Source: a virus
Strand: one strand, 5' to 3'
Virus record (IMG/VR): IMGVR_UViG_3300045988_041382
Coordinates: 1 to 64,000 of that record
Length of the DNA stretch: 64,000 nt
The stretch's first letter is position 1. The number at the start of each line of letters is the position of its first letter. Shown here one piece after another: positions 17,949-26,141 of the stretch. A program made the position numbers and the translations under genes. The notes beneath the pieces are model-generated. The model was not told the DNA's origin, did no database searches, and saw only the letters and a program-made list of their open reading frames with translations.

Positions 17949-18149
17949 TCAGGACTCCCCGGCGGCGTTGTCTCGCCGCATCTGCTCTCGGATGGCACGG
18001 CCTATAAAGGCATTGACAGACTCGCCGCGCTGGGCTGCATGGGCCTTGATCGCGTCCCTGCTCCCTGCCGGAAGCGCCAGTGACAGCCGGTCAAGGTTCG
18101 CGGCGTCCCATTTGGCATTGTTGCGCTTTTTTGCCTCGCTGATGGGCAT
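17949..18149 (-). CDS. ribbon-helix-helix (Arc/CopG-like) DNA-binding protein
   Basis: MPISEAKKRNNAKWDAANLDRLSLALPAGSRDAIKAHAAQRGESVNAFIGRAI. The ATG at 18149 has an AAGGGGG RBS. Confidence 0.6.
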   Translation of the reverse strand: MPISEAKKRNNAKWDAANLDRLSLALPAGSRDAIKAHAAQRGESVNAFIGRAIREQMRRDNAAGES

Positions 18150-18338
18150 TTCTCGCCCCCTTTCCACCGTCTCCCATTATAGCATGGGCGCGGGCACTTA
18201 TCAAGTGTAAAATCTGTACAAGAAAAGCACTTAATAATTGTCTATTCTGCCGATTGCAAAAACACTTGTTAAGTGCTACAATAGACCATAGTAGGGCACA
18301 GGACAACAGGACAGGCCGCGAGGCCGGGAGGATCAAAA

Positions 18339-18527
18339 ATGACTAAAAAATTTGCAGAAAGAGTGCTTAGCGAGGGCGTTGTTGACACCGCAAAATATAG
18401 GTACAAATATCGCGCCTACTATGGCAGCGACTGCCGGGATCATGTCAAGATCCTACGGCTGCCGCTTGCTGATCTGGACACCACAGAGGCGATTAACGGA
18501 TGGAAGACGGTTATGGTGGTGTACTAA
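18339..18527 (+). CDS. hypothetical protein
   Basis: 62-aa ORF with GGGAGGA upstream. First gene of the plus-strand block. Confidence 0.55.
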   Translation: MTKKFAERVLSEGVVDTAKYRYKYRAYYGSDCRDHVKILRLPLADLDTTEAINGWKTVMVVY

Positions 18528-18692
18528 AGATGGCGTGACATGGGACTTATAACAACGGTCATCGGCGCGGCGTGGCTGGCCTCCGCCGTGGTTCGGCTGG
18601 TGGAGTGGCTGGGCGGCGACAGGTAAAACGCTTCTAGTGAGTTGGGCGCATCAGCCCCACCCCATAAAAATTTTAACAGGAGGAACAGAAAA

Positions 18693-19097
18693 ATGAATGG
18701 AACTTTTGAGAAAATGGCGGAGATCATCAACGGACGCGAACAGCGGAGCGCATGGCGGCGCGGCGTGACGGCCTACGCCCTGGAGCTGCTGGAGGAGCTG
18801 AAGGAAGGCGTGGACGGCGGTTATATTTCCGCCGATGACCTGAACACCCCGGCGGACTTTTCCCGCGCCCTGCTGAGCGGCGCGAGTGACTGGAGCGCTT
18901 ACAGTTATGACGGCTGCTCCCTGATCTATAACGGCGACATTGCCGTCCGCCTCTGCTGCCCGTCGGAGCTGAAGAAAACGCGGGAGGGCGAACGCCGCCC
19001 GAACAGCCGGGAAGAGTGGTTAGACGTTCAGGCGCGGGCACTGGCACAGGCCGCCCGCGTGGTGCGCATGGCATACCAAAAAGCAATTAAAAAATAA
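18693..19097 (+). CDS. hypothetical protein
   Basis: MNGTFEKMAEI... with an AGGAGGAAC RBS. Confidence 0.6.
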   Translation: MNGTFEKMAEIINGREQRSAWRRGVTAYALELLEELKEGVDGGYISADDLNTPADFSRALLSGASDWSAYSYDGCSLIYNGDIAVRLCCPSELKKTREGERRPNSREEWLDVQARALAQAARVVRMAYQKAIKK

Positions 19098-19168
19098 GAA
19101 AGCGCGGTTCTAATGGAGCACCCGCCTAAAAGCTCCATTTCCATAAATATTTTTTAGGAGGTTTTTCT

Positions 19169-19309
19169 ATGAAATGGCGCGTTGATTATGTTGTCGGCAA
19201 TACCTATAAAGTGAAATATGTTATTGCTGATAGTGCTTCACAAGCTATCAAAAAAGCACGGGTTAAAAATATTGTTGACTTGAACAGCGCAGAAAAGCGT
19301 AAAACATGA
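19169..19309 (+). CDS. hypothetical small protein
   Basis: 46 aa (MKWRVDYVVGNTYKVKYV...) with a TAGGAGG RBS. Visibly more AT-rich than its neighbours. Confidence 0.45.
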   Translation: MKWRVDYVVGNTYKVKYVIADSASQAIKKARVKNIVDLNSAEKRKT

Positions 19310-19333
19310 AAAACCGAGAAAGGTAAACGCGAT

Positions 19334-19345
19334 CCCTTGACACGG
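19334..19345 (+). promoter_or_regulatory. conserved CCCTTGACACGG motif
   Basis: Exact 12-mer, 33 nt upstream of the 19378 start. Confidence 0.45.
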
Positions 19346-19377
19346 AGAACAGACTACACAACAGGAGGAACGCAAAA

Positions 19378-19554
19378 ATGAACACCTACCAGCGCCGCAA
19401 AGACGCCGCCCGCGCCCAGGCCATCAAATGGCAAGCCGACTTTTCCGACCGTTCCATACCGTGGGCGGCCATCGCTGCCGAACAGCGGCATTTTGAACAG
19501 TTGGCCCGCCGCTATGGACTTTTGCGGGAATTTCGCGAAAACGCCATCATTTGA
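19378..19554 (+). CDS. hypothetical small protein
   Basis: 58 aa (MNTYQRRKDAARAQAIKW...) with a CAGGAGGAA RBS. Confidence 0.5.
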   Translation: MNTYQRRKDAARAQAIKWQADFSDRSIPWAAIAAEQRHFEQLARRYGLLREFRENAII

Positions 19555-19574
19555 ACAGCAAGGAGGAAAACAAA

Positions 19575-19799
19575 ATGAACGACCGCACCACCGCCACCGA
19601 CGCCCGCTTCGGCATCTCTGAACAGTGCGCCGCCCTGGAGCGCGACCTGCTGACCCTCCCCGGCGTCGTCAAGGTGGAATTTGATCTCGATGGATTTTAT
19701 GACAATCTGCGGCAGGTGATTTTTCTTGTAAAATTCGACATCCCCGCCGCGAACAAGAACGGCGCCGCCTACCGCACTGCGCCCCAGCGGCGCACCTGA
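19575..19799 (+). CDS. hypothetical protein
   Basis: MNDRTTATDARF... with an AAGGAGGAAAA RBS. Confidence 0.55.
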   Translation: MNDRTTATDARFGISEQCAALERDLLTLPGVVKVEFDLDGFYDNLRQVIFLVKFDIPAANKNGAAYRTAPQRRT

Positions 19800-19818
19800 C
19801 GAAGAAAGGAGCGCCAAA

Positions 19819-20007
19819 ATGAAAAATAAATTTTGCCCCTACAAAAAGGTATGCCGCGATATGTGCTACGGCGAAAATCCTTGCTCGTTTGCAAAGGCGT
19901 TTGACGGCCTTGCTCGAAAAATCGACCTGAAGACATCCCAAATAGAATCCCTGCGTGCAGAAAATGCAGAGCTGAAGGCGAAGTTGAAACAATCCGGCGT
20001 TATCTGA
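19819..20007 (+). CDS. hypothetical Cys-rich/coiled-coil protein
   Basis: 62-aa ORF with an AAAGGAG RBS. Confidence 0.55.
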   Translation: MKNKFCPYKKVCRDMCYGENPCSFAKAFDGLARKIDLKTSQIESLRAENAELKAKLKQSGVI

Positions 20008-20089
20008 CACCCCGCAAAACTCCCCGTTGCACCCCCGGAAAAACCGTGATAAAATTAAGCAAAAGTAAATTTACGAGGAGGAACATACC

Positions 20090-20371
20090 ATGAGCAGCAT
20101 CAAGGAGATCACCCCCGTCGCCCACTGGTGGAACGCACAGCCGTCCAACGATATGCCCATCTACGACATCGGCGGCGCTCTGTATTGCGCCGACGGCTGG
20201 AACGGCGAGGCATATCTGCACTCGTTCCGCGTCCTGAACGCCAACGACCTGGACAGTGAACACCCGCAGGAGGTGGAGCTGTGGCCGGTCTACCGTTTCC
20301 AAATGGAAAATCGAGAATTTGACGAGGGCGACGACACCGCCGCCGAGATCGTAGGCTTTGAAGTCCGCTGA
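20090..20371 (+). CDS. hypothetical protein
   Basis: 93-aa ORF with a GAGGAGGAA RBS. Confidence 0.6.
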   Translation: MSSIKEITPVAHWWNAQPSNDMPIYDIGGALYCADGWNGEAYLHSFRVLNANDLDSEHPQEVELWPVYRFQMENREFDEGDDTAAEIVGFEVR

Positions 20372-20408
20372 ACAGCGCCCATCAAAATTCACAAAGGAGG
20401 AACAGAAC

Positions 20409-20723
20409 ATGGACATCAACACCCACGGCAGAAAAATCAACTTGGAAACATTGGCCAACGCCTCCGACTCCACCAAGGGCCTTGGCTCTCGAACGGGGGA
20501 ATATGTGGAAATCTTTTATGACAAGTCAACCGGCGATGCCTGGTGCAAGTACCACTGGGATCGTGAGGAGTGGACGGTCTACCACGACAGTGATGTAGTC
20601 AAGGTCGGCATCGCCACCCGCTACAAGACCCCGCAGCAGATCGCGGACATGATCGCCAGCACCCTGACGGAGGACGAACAGACCGAGCGCGAGAACGCCG
20701 CATATTTGAAGGGAGGATCTTGA
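20409..20723 (+). CDS. hypothetical protein
   Basis: MDINTHGRK... with an AAGGAGGAA RBS. Confidence 0.6.
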   Translation: MDINTHGRKINLETLANASDSTKGLGSRTGEYVEIFYDKSTGDAWCKYHWDREEWTVYHDSDVVKVGIATRYKTPQQIADMIASTLTEDEQTERENAAYLKGGS

Positions 20724-20725
20724 AC

Positions 20726-21262
20726 ATGAACACGCAGGAGCTGATCCAGCGATACAAAATCGCCCTGAAAATTGACGAACACGGCCAGCCCACCGGGGAT
20801 CTGATCGTATACCGCGCCGACAAAGCGGCTCTTGCCGCCATCAAAGCCGCAAAGCAGGAGATCGTGGACACCCTGCTGGCGCAGCGCGAAGCCGGACTCC
20901 GCGCCGAACAGGAACGGCAGGCAAAAATCGACGCCATTCCCGGACTGCGGGAGATCGAAGCCGCCCGCACCGATCTGGTAAATTGGAAATTGGAATTTGA
21001 TGCCAGTTTTGACAGCGAGAACGGCGGCGGCGTAGGCGTCCGCCCCAAGCCGAAGTATGACATGGATGCCCTGTACGCAAAATATCCCCGCGCCAAGGCA
21101 TATTTGGAAGCCCAAGACTTTGCCGCATCTGACAACGACGCAAAAGCTGCCGCCGGGAGAAAAGCGCTGGAAGCGATCATCAACGGCGAAAACCACGAAC
21201 AGGCCATCCACACTATGAACAGCGAGTGGGCGGCTTACTGCGAATCCCACCTCTGGGATTGA
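20726..21262 (+). CDS. hypothetical protein
   Basis: MNTQELIQRYK... with a GGGAGGA RBS 8 nt upstream. Confidence 0.6.
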   Translation: MNTQELIQRYKIALKIDEHGQPTGDLIVYRADKAALAAIKAAKQEIVDTLLAQREAGLRAEQERQAKIDAIPGLREIEAARTDLVNWKLEFDASFDSENGGGVGVRPKPKYDMDALYAKYPRAKAYLEAQDFAASDNDAKAAAGRKALEAIINGENHEQAIHTMNSEWAAYCESHLWD

Positions 21263-21409
21263 CACGAACAGCCGCCCACCTATCGGCACTCGCACCCCGC
21301 GCCCACGCTCGACAAATAAGACCACCTGCCGGACGTGGGCGCGTTTCCCCTTTTTTGTGCGAACAGCGCACATCGAAAATCCCGCAAAAAATGGAAAGGA
21401 GAACAAAAA

Positions 21410-22303
21410 ATGGCCCTCATCACCTGCCCGGAATGTAACGGCCAAGTCAGCGACAAGGCTGCCGTCTGTACCCGCTGCGGTTATCCGATCGCCGCCAACA
21501 CTCCGCAAGAAAAATATGCTTTCTGCGTCAAATCACAGCTCATCCCGACATCCGCAGTCCAGGCATGGGAGCGCTTTACGGCTCTACGCCTAACAATGGA
21601 GATCGCTGGAGTTTCCACCGGCGACGCAGAAAAAATGCTCAGCACTCCTGGTTCTATTCTCAAAGACAAGCTCACAGAACAGGAGGCAGCCGCCGTCGTT
21701 CTGAATTATCAGAAGCTCCACATTCCCACCGCCGTCGAACAGTCAAAATATACGCTTCGTGAGGTGGAACAGGAGAAAATGGACATCCAGAACGCCTTTC
21801 TCAAGAAGCGCGCCGCCGAAGACCCGAACGAGTTTTTTGTTTTCAAAAAGGTCTGGCCCGGCATGGTGGATCTCGCCTGTACAATGTGCGGGCAAAATTT
21901 CTCCACAGACATCAAAAACGTTTCCGTTGCAAACGATCTCGTTATCACCGCAAAACGTCCGATCACCTGCACAAAATGTCAGCGAACGGCATCCCCCGGA
22001 ACAAAAATAGCCAAAAACGCCGGGAGCATCACACCAAAAGACCCGGAAAGTGCCGCTATTGACCCATCGGCAAAACAAAAGCGACTTTTCGACCCGGACA
22101 TTGTGGAAAAAACGGAGGCGGCACGTCTCCGCTGCCCCAAGTGCGGCGGTACAAACATCCAGTTTGTCAAAAAAGGCTTCAGCCTCGGCGGTGCAGTCCT
22201 TGGCGGACTTCTTGCTGGTGGCGCCGGTCTGGTGGCTGGAGGTCTCGGCTCTAATGACGTTATGTGTGTCTGCTCCAACTGCGGACACAGGTGGGCAAAG
22301 TGA
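21410..22303 (+). CDS. zinc-ribbon protein with C-terminal glycine-rich hydrophobic segment
   Basis: MALITCPECNGQVSDKAAVCTRCGYPI. Further CxxC pairs (CTMCG, CTKCQ, CPKCGG, CSNCGH). A GGAVLGGLLAGGAGLVAGGLG segment near the C-terminus. Confidence 0.65.
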   Translation: MALITCPECNGQVSDKAAVCTRCGYPIAANTPQEKYAFCVKSQLIPTSAVQAWERFTALRLTMEIAGVSTGDAEKMLSTPGSILKDKLTEQEAAAVVLNYQKLHIPTAVEQSKYTLREVEQEKMDIQNAFLKKRAAEDPNEFFVFKKVWPGMVDLACTMCGQNFSTDIKNVSVANDLVITAKRPITCTKCQRTASPGTKIAKNAGSITPKDPESAAIDPSAKQKRLFDPDIVEKTEAARLRCPKCGGTNIQFVKKGFSLGGAVLGGLLAGGAGLVAGGLGSNDVMCVCSNCGHRWAK

Positions 22304-22424
22304 ACCACCGCAAAACTCCAAAAAAATAAGTACCTCGCCCCTTCCGACCAAAGACTGAGCGAAGCACTTATTCTGTCAACGCCGCAAGGACGCCGCTGTT
22401 TGAACAAATCTTTTCAAAAAACTC

Positions 22425-22453
22425 TTGACATTATTGTACGGATAGTATATATT
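22425..22453 (+). promoter_or_regulatory. sigma-70-type promoter
   Basis: TTGACA-17nt-TATATT, preceded by TTTTCAAAAAA and followed by an AGGGAGG RBS and the ATG at 22485. Confidence 0.6.
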
Positions 22454-22484
22454 ATATGTACGGACGCAAAAGGGAGGTGCAACA

Positions 22485-22664
22485 ATGTCTCCGGCCAGAG
22501 GCCGCCCACCCATCGACAACCCTAAAAATGTACGTTTTGAGGTCCGGCTCACGCAAGAACAGGCTGAACAGCTTGCATATTGCGCGGAAAGGCTGGAAGT
22601 TTCCAAAACGGACGTAATTACAAAGGGTGTTGAACTGGTGCGGGCGCAAATCGACAAAAAATAG
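22485..22664 (+). CDS. small ribbon-helix-helix-like DNA-binding protein
   Basis: 59 aa, not in the ORF track: MSPARGRPPIDNPKNVRFEVRLTQEQAEQLAYCAERLEVSKTDVI. Confidence 0.55.
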   Translation: MSPARGRPPIDNPKNVRFEVRLTQEQAEQLAYCAERLEVSKTDVITKGVELVRAQIDKK

Positions 22665-22756
22665 AAAACTCCCGCCGCGCTGTCTTATCTTGGCGGACGA
22701 GCAGCACAACGGGAGCCACCAGCCCCTTTCGGGGAGGTCGTAAATATTCTACTACG

Positions 22757-22795
22757 ATCCCCCGGAAAGGTCAAGAGCCGTTCGGGGGATTTTTG
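22757..22795 (+). terminator. rho-independent terminator
   Basis: ATCCCCCG-N18-CGGGGGAT followed by TTTTT. Confidence 0.6.
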
Positions 22796-22825
22796 CACAC
22801 TTTTTTGAAAATCCACCTTCGGAAT

Positions 22826-22837
22826 CCCTTGACACGG
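22826..22837 (+). promoter_or_regulatory. conserved CCCTTGACACGG motif
   Basis: Exact 12-mer, preceded by TTTTTTGAAAA and lying upstream of the antirepressor gene. Confidence 0.45.
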
Positions 22838-22886
22838 CTGGTACTATACCGACTACCAAAGACCAAAGAAAGGTGGAAACAAGACC

Positions 22887-23621
22887 ATGACAAAGTTTGA
22901 ACAGCTTATCCCCGTAAATGTGGACAGCCCTGACCGTATCACGGTATCGGCCCGCGACCTGCACGCCGCCCTTGAGGTGGAAACACCCTTCAACAAGTGG
23001 TTTCCCCGTATGTGTGAGTACGGTTTCGAGGACGAAAAAGACTATCGGACATTTTTGTCCAATAGGTCTGACGGTCTCCCCGGCAAGCCCCGGCAGGATG
23101 CAGAAATCACCATCGAAATGGCGAAAGAGATTTGCATGCTTCAGCGCAGCGAAAAGGGCAAGCAGGCGCGGCAATACTTCATCCAGCTCGAAAAGGCGTG
23201 GAATAGCCCCGAAAAGGTCATGGCGCGGGCGTTGCAGATTGCCAGCGACAAAATCAAGGGGCTGCAAGCGAAAATCGAGGAGGACGCTCCTGCCGTCCGC
23301 TTCGCCAACGCCATTACGGGATGCGACACGAACATCCTCGTCCGCGACATGGCGAAGCTGCTCAAGCAAAACGGCGTGGACACTGGAGAAAAGCGTTTCT
23401 ACTGGACGCTCCGCAACGACGGCTTTCTTATCAAGGGCGGCAGCGATTACAATATGCCCACGCAAAGAGCCATGGAAATGGGGCTGTTCTTCGTCAAGGA
23501 AACGCCCCGCTTCACCAAGGAAAGCGGCATCATCGACCGCGTTACCACTGTGACGCCCGCCGGACAGCGGTACTTCCTGAACCGATACGCAGCACACGCG
23601 CCTAATTCGCTGAAAGCGTAG
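22887..23621 (+). CDS. phage antirepressor (AntA/AntB N-terminus + KilA-C C-terminus)
   Basis: ITVSARDLHAALEVETPFNKWFPRMCEYGFEDEKDY (AntA-like). NILVRDMAKLLKQNGVDTGEKRFYWTLRNDGFL (KilAC-like). Confidence 0.85.
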   Translation: MTKFEQLIPVNVDSPDRITVSARDLHAALEVETPFNKWFPRMCEYGFEDEKDYRTFLSNRSDGLPGKPRQDAEITIEMAKEICMLQRSEKGKQARQYFIQLEKAWNSPEKVMARALQIASDKIKGLQAKIEEDAPAVRFANAITGCDTNILVRDMAKLLKQNGVDTGEKRFYWTLRNDGFLIKGGSDYNMPTQRAMEMGLFFVKETPRFTKESGIIDRVTTVTPAGQRYFLNRYAAHAPNSLKA

Positions 23622-23686
23622 CGGCGAGATTGGCGACGGCGTGTAGTATGCTGACTACCAAAGACTACGTTGAAAGGAAAATTACA

Positions 23687-24157
23687 ATGAATATCGACGT
23701 CAGTACCCCCGAAAAACTCCATGAATACCTTATGTCCCTCGTGGAGAGGGAGAAAAGGACGGGAGTTCCGTCATCCGCAGAGGAACTTGCGCCCGCCATC
23801 GAGGAAATGTTCCGACAGCAGGCAGAATTTCAGCGGAGGCTTGACAAACTTTCCGAAAGGAAAAAAATTCCCTTTAACAACAATGTGCCCCTTCTGCTGT
23901 CTGACAAGTACAAAACGTTGGCAACGGAGGATCAGGTAGCTATATTCGGAGCTCTGTGCCTGCACCTCGTCATGGCTGTTGACAGCGCTCGAAACGGCGA
24001 TTTCAAGGAGGCCAATTTGCACATGATTACTGGCGGCATGGAGCAGGAAGATGTGAACTGCCCTTCCTATATGGAACTATGGATCGCCATCAGCAGGTTC
24101 ATTGACGCCCTCCAGGATGGGATCGTCAGTTTTGATGCCCCCGAAGAAACCGAGTGA
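23687..24157 (+). CDS. hypothetical protein
   Basis: MNIDVSTPEKLHEYL... with a GAAAGGAAA RBS. Confidence 0.6.
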   Translation: MNIDVSTPEKLHEYLMSLVEREKRTGVPSSAEELAPAIEEMFRQQAEFQRRLDKLSERKKIPFNNNVPLLLSDKYKTLATEDQVAIFGALCLHLVMAVDSARNGDFKEANLHMITGGMEQEDVNCPSYMELWIAISRFIDALQDGIVSFDAPEETE

Positions 24158-24217
24158 TTACACCCTGTATACCTACATTCACATCATACACCATTTATAC
24201 AACAGGAGGAAAATCAA

Positions 24218-24436
24218 ATGACAGTCCGCGAAATCTGTTCTGTGCTGGCAATCGGTGACGGCGTTAAGCCTAATATCGAGTTGACCTTCGGCGCTAACGG
24301 CGTACCCTTTACCCCTGCCAACGACCTTGAAATGATGGCCTACGGCGACTTCCTCATCGACTCCTGCCACGTTTGGGAGGGCGGCGTGGAGCTTGTCCTC
24401 ATGCAGCAGTTCTGCAAAAAGAACTGGAACGCATAA
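24218..24436 (+). CDS. hypothetical 72-aa protein (paralog of 29918-30136)
   Basis: CAGGAGGAAAA RBS. About 70 percent identical by eye to the second copy, with the same C-terminus QQFCKKNWNA. Confidence 0.65.
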   Translation: MTVREICSVLAIGDGVKPNIELTFGANGVPFTPANDLEMMAYGDFLIDSCHVWEGGVELVLMQQFCKKNWNA

Positions 24437-24448
24437 GGGCGGTGCAGC

Positions 24449-24613
24449 ATGATCCCCTCCAACATTCAACTGGAAGATACCGTCACCCGCTGTATCGCCG
24501 ACACCGAGAAAAAGGCCACCGGCAAAGTGATCTACATTCACCCTCTGCGCCGCTATTATGTGGTGGAGTTCCGCATGAAATACGGCAGCTTCCGCGAGTG
24601 TTACAACACCTGA
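24449..24613 (+). CDS. hypothetical small protein
   Basis: 54 aa (MIPSNIQLEDTVTRC...) with a weak RBS. Confidence 0.4.
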   Translation: MIPSNIQLEDTVTRCIADTEKKATGKVIYIHPLRRYYVVEFRMKYGSFRECYNT

Positions 24614-24641
24614 AAAATTTTTTCAAAAACTTTCAGAAATT

Positions 24642-24653
24642 CCCTTGACACGG
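24642..24653 (+). promoter_or_regulatory. conserved CCCTTGACACGG motif preceded by A/T palindrome
   Basis: TGAAAAATTTTTTCAAAAAC at 24611-24630, then the exact 12-mer. Lies at the head of the tRNA island. Confidence 0.5.
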
Positions 24654-24810
24654 GGCGCATACTTAAAATTGCCGAAGGGGACACCCCCTCCCCAACGGCG
24701 CAGAAGCCCCTTCAAGTTTTTATAAGCTCCACCCCGTAAGCAGGAGCTGTGCCGGTCAATTCGCTGCAACGAACCCGGTATCTCGCGGGCAGTTCGCGCA
24801 GGGGAACTAC

Positions 24811-24883
24811 GCAGACGTAGCTCAGTCGGTAGAGCACCGCGCCAGGAGGTATGTCGTTGGTTCGAGTCCAACCGTCTGCACCA
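24811..24883 (+). tRNA. tRNA-like gene with truncated anticodon arm (isotype undetermined, possible pseudogene)
   Basis: The acceptor (GCAGACG/CGTCTGC), D arm, T arm (GTTGG-TTCGAGT-CCAAC) and CCA are all canonical. Only about 14-15 nt (CCGCGCCAGGAGGT) lie where a 17-nt anticodon stem-loop belongs. Confidence 0.5.
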
Positions 24884-25057
24884 ATTCAGCGTGGACACCG
24901 CGAGTGTTGTGTGTTTTAGCGGGATAGCCGTTTGGGTGATGCGAAGTCCTGAAGTAAGCCCCTCAAGCCTCGATGTTGTAATTGCGCCTGTGATCTGCTG
25001 GCAAAAGCGAGGCACGGAAAAGATCTGGCGGCTCGGAAAGACGAGCACTCCCCTCAT

Positions 25058-25171
25058 GGAGATGTGGCAGAGTGGTAATTGCGTTCTGCAACTCCCGGCA
25101 GGAACAGCCATGTGTGAGTGACACGGGAGCACACACGGCGCACGGAGGTTCGAATCCTCCCATCTCCACCA
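25058..25171 (+). tRNA. 114-nt type-II-like tRNA-like gene with 8-nt anticodon loop and very long extra arm
   Basis: Acceptor GGAGATG/CATCTCC and T arm GGAGG-TTCGAAT-CCTCC, plus CCA. The anticodon arm is TCTGC-AACTCCCG-GCAGG. The extra arm is CCATGTGTG/CACACACGG with a 13-nt loop. Confidence 0.5.
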
Positions 25172-25496
25172 TAGGCGTGACCTCTTGCCTCGCAGCCGCA
25201 CGGAGCGTAAGCCTGCGGAAGTGGTCTTTCCTGTGCGCTGTACGAAAGCGGCAGGACGAAGTAATTTATTTATTGGCTGGCACCGGCTTTGTAAAGATGA
25301 ACGGATGCGACCGACGTACCGGCGCAGGGCTGAAAAGTTCCGTGGTTGGTTCGGGTGCCGGCGTGTGCGGCGAAAATCCGAGGCGAAACCTGTAGATGTG
25401 GAAGCGGCGTGGTGGCGGCTGTCTTTGGACAAGGCCGCCGTGTAGGTCAGTAGCCATCCGCACCGGCATCCTGCCAACTGTGTCCCCGCAAAATTT

Positions 25497-25573
25497 GCAG
25501 CGTTAGTGTTCAACGGTCAGCACACCAGCCTTCCAAGCTGGAAGTGGCGGTTCAAATCCGCTACGCTGCTCCA
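25497..25573 (+). tRNA. tRNA-Gly (UCC)
   Basis: Canonical cloverleaf with anticodon arm CCAGC-CTTCCAA-GCTGG, T loop TTCAAAT and an encoded CCA. Confidence 0.9.
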
Positions 25574-25744
25574 TGCCCGCCTGATGGATAACTTCCCCCG
25601 TCAGGAATGAAACCTCCGCATCTGGCAGCGGTGTCGCCGGGTCGAACCAGCCGGTAGCATGATTTGGGCGTAACAGCGAACGAAGGAACGCCCCACCTCA
25701 TCGGGGAGGCGGGCATCCCCCAGCCCGTCCTCCCCACTCTCTAC

Positions 25745-25892
25745 GCAGGAGCGCCGTCGGGGCGCTTGCACGGCACACACAGAAATCTCCTTTCTACTGC
25801 TGTTGTCCGGACACATCAACACCTCCAATGTTCATGTCATCTTTTCCGTGCGCCGGCAAGCCATGCGGGTTCGACTCCCGCCTCCTGCTCCA
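25745..25892 (+). tRNA. 148-nt tRNA-like element with ~72-nt insertion in the anticodon domain
   Basis: Acceptor GCAGGAG/CTCCTGC and T arm GCGGG-TTCGACT-CCCGC, plus CCA. A GCACGG/CCGTGC helix encloses a 72-nt insert. No standard anticodon loop is recognisable. Confidence 0.4.
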
Positions 25893-26065
25893 CCGGACGC
25901 GACAGGCGTCCGCGGTCCAGATAGGACCTCCTTTATAAATGCTGCGGCCGTAAGAAGCAGCACCGGGTTTTGTTCATTTTCCCCGGCTCCTGTTGGAATA
26001 CAGGCAGGCCAAGCGATTTCTCCTTCCGGGCGGCGCGGTCTGGGCAGCCCGCCGCCCAACCCCCT

Positions 26066-26141
26066 GGGGGGTTAGCTCAATCGGCAGAGCAGGCCGCTCA
26101 TAACGGCCCGGTTCCGGGTTCAAGTCCCCGATCCCCCACCA
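26066..26141 (+). tRNA. tRNA-Met/Ile2-type (CAU)
   Basis: Acceptor GGGGGGT/ATCCCCC, anticodon arm GGCCG-CTCATAA-CGGCC, T loop TTCAAGT and an encoded CCA. Confidence 0.9.

Noticed and set aside
16751-17998. Several 60-190-aa ORFs in the gene-free region
   Set aside because: They encode low-complexity Pro/Gly/Arg/Ser strings, overlap one another in several frames, and have no RBS.
24623-25513. 296-aa minus-strand ORF spanning the tRNA island
   Set aside because: It runs antisense through two tRNA-like genes, has Arg/Ser/Pro-rich composition and no RBS, and lies opposite to all neighbouring genes. It is a GC-driven shadow ORF.
25745-25892. tRNA-Sec interpretation, based on a possible 6-bp D-type stem with a 4-nt loop
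   Set aside because: The 6-bp version of the stem competes with the 7-bp acceptor. There is no UCA anticodon and no 8/5 acceptor/T geometry, and no selenoprotein machinery is present in the window.
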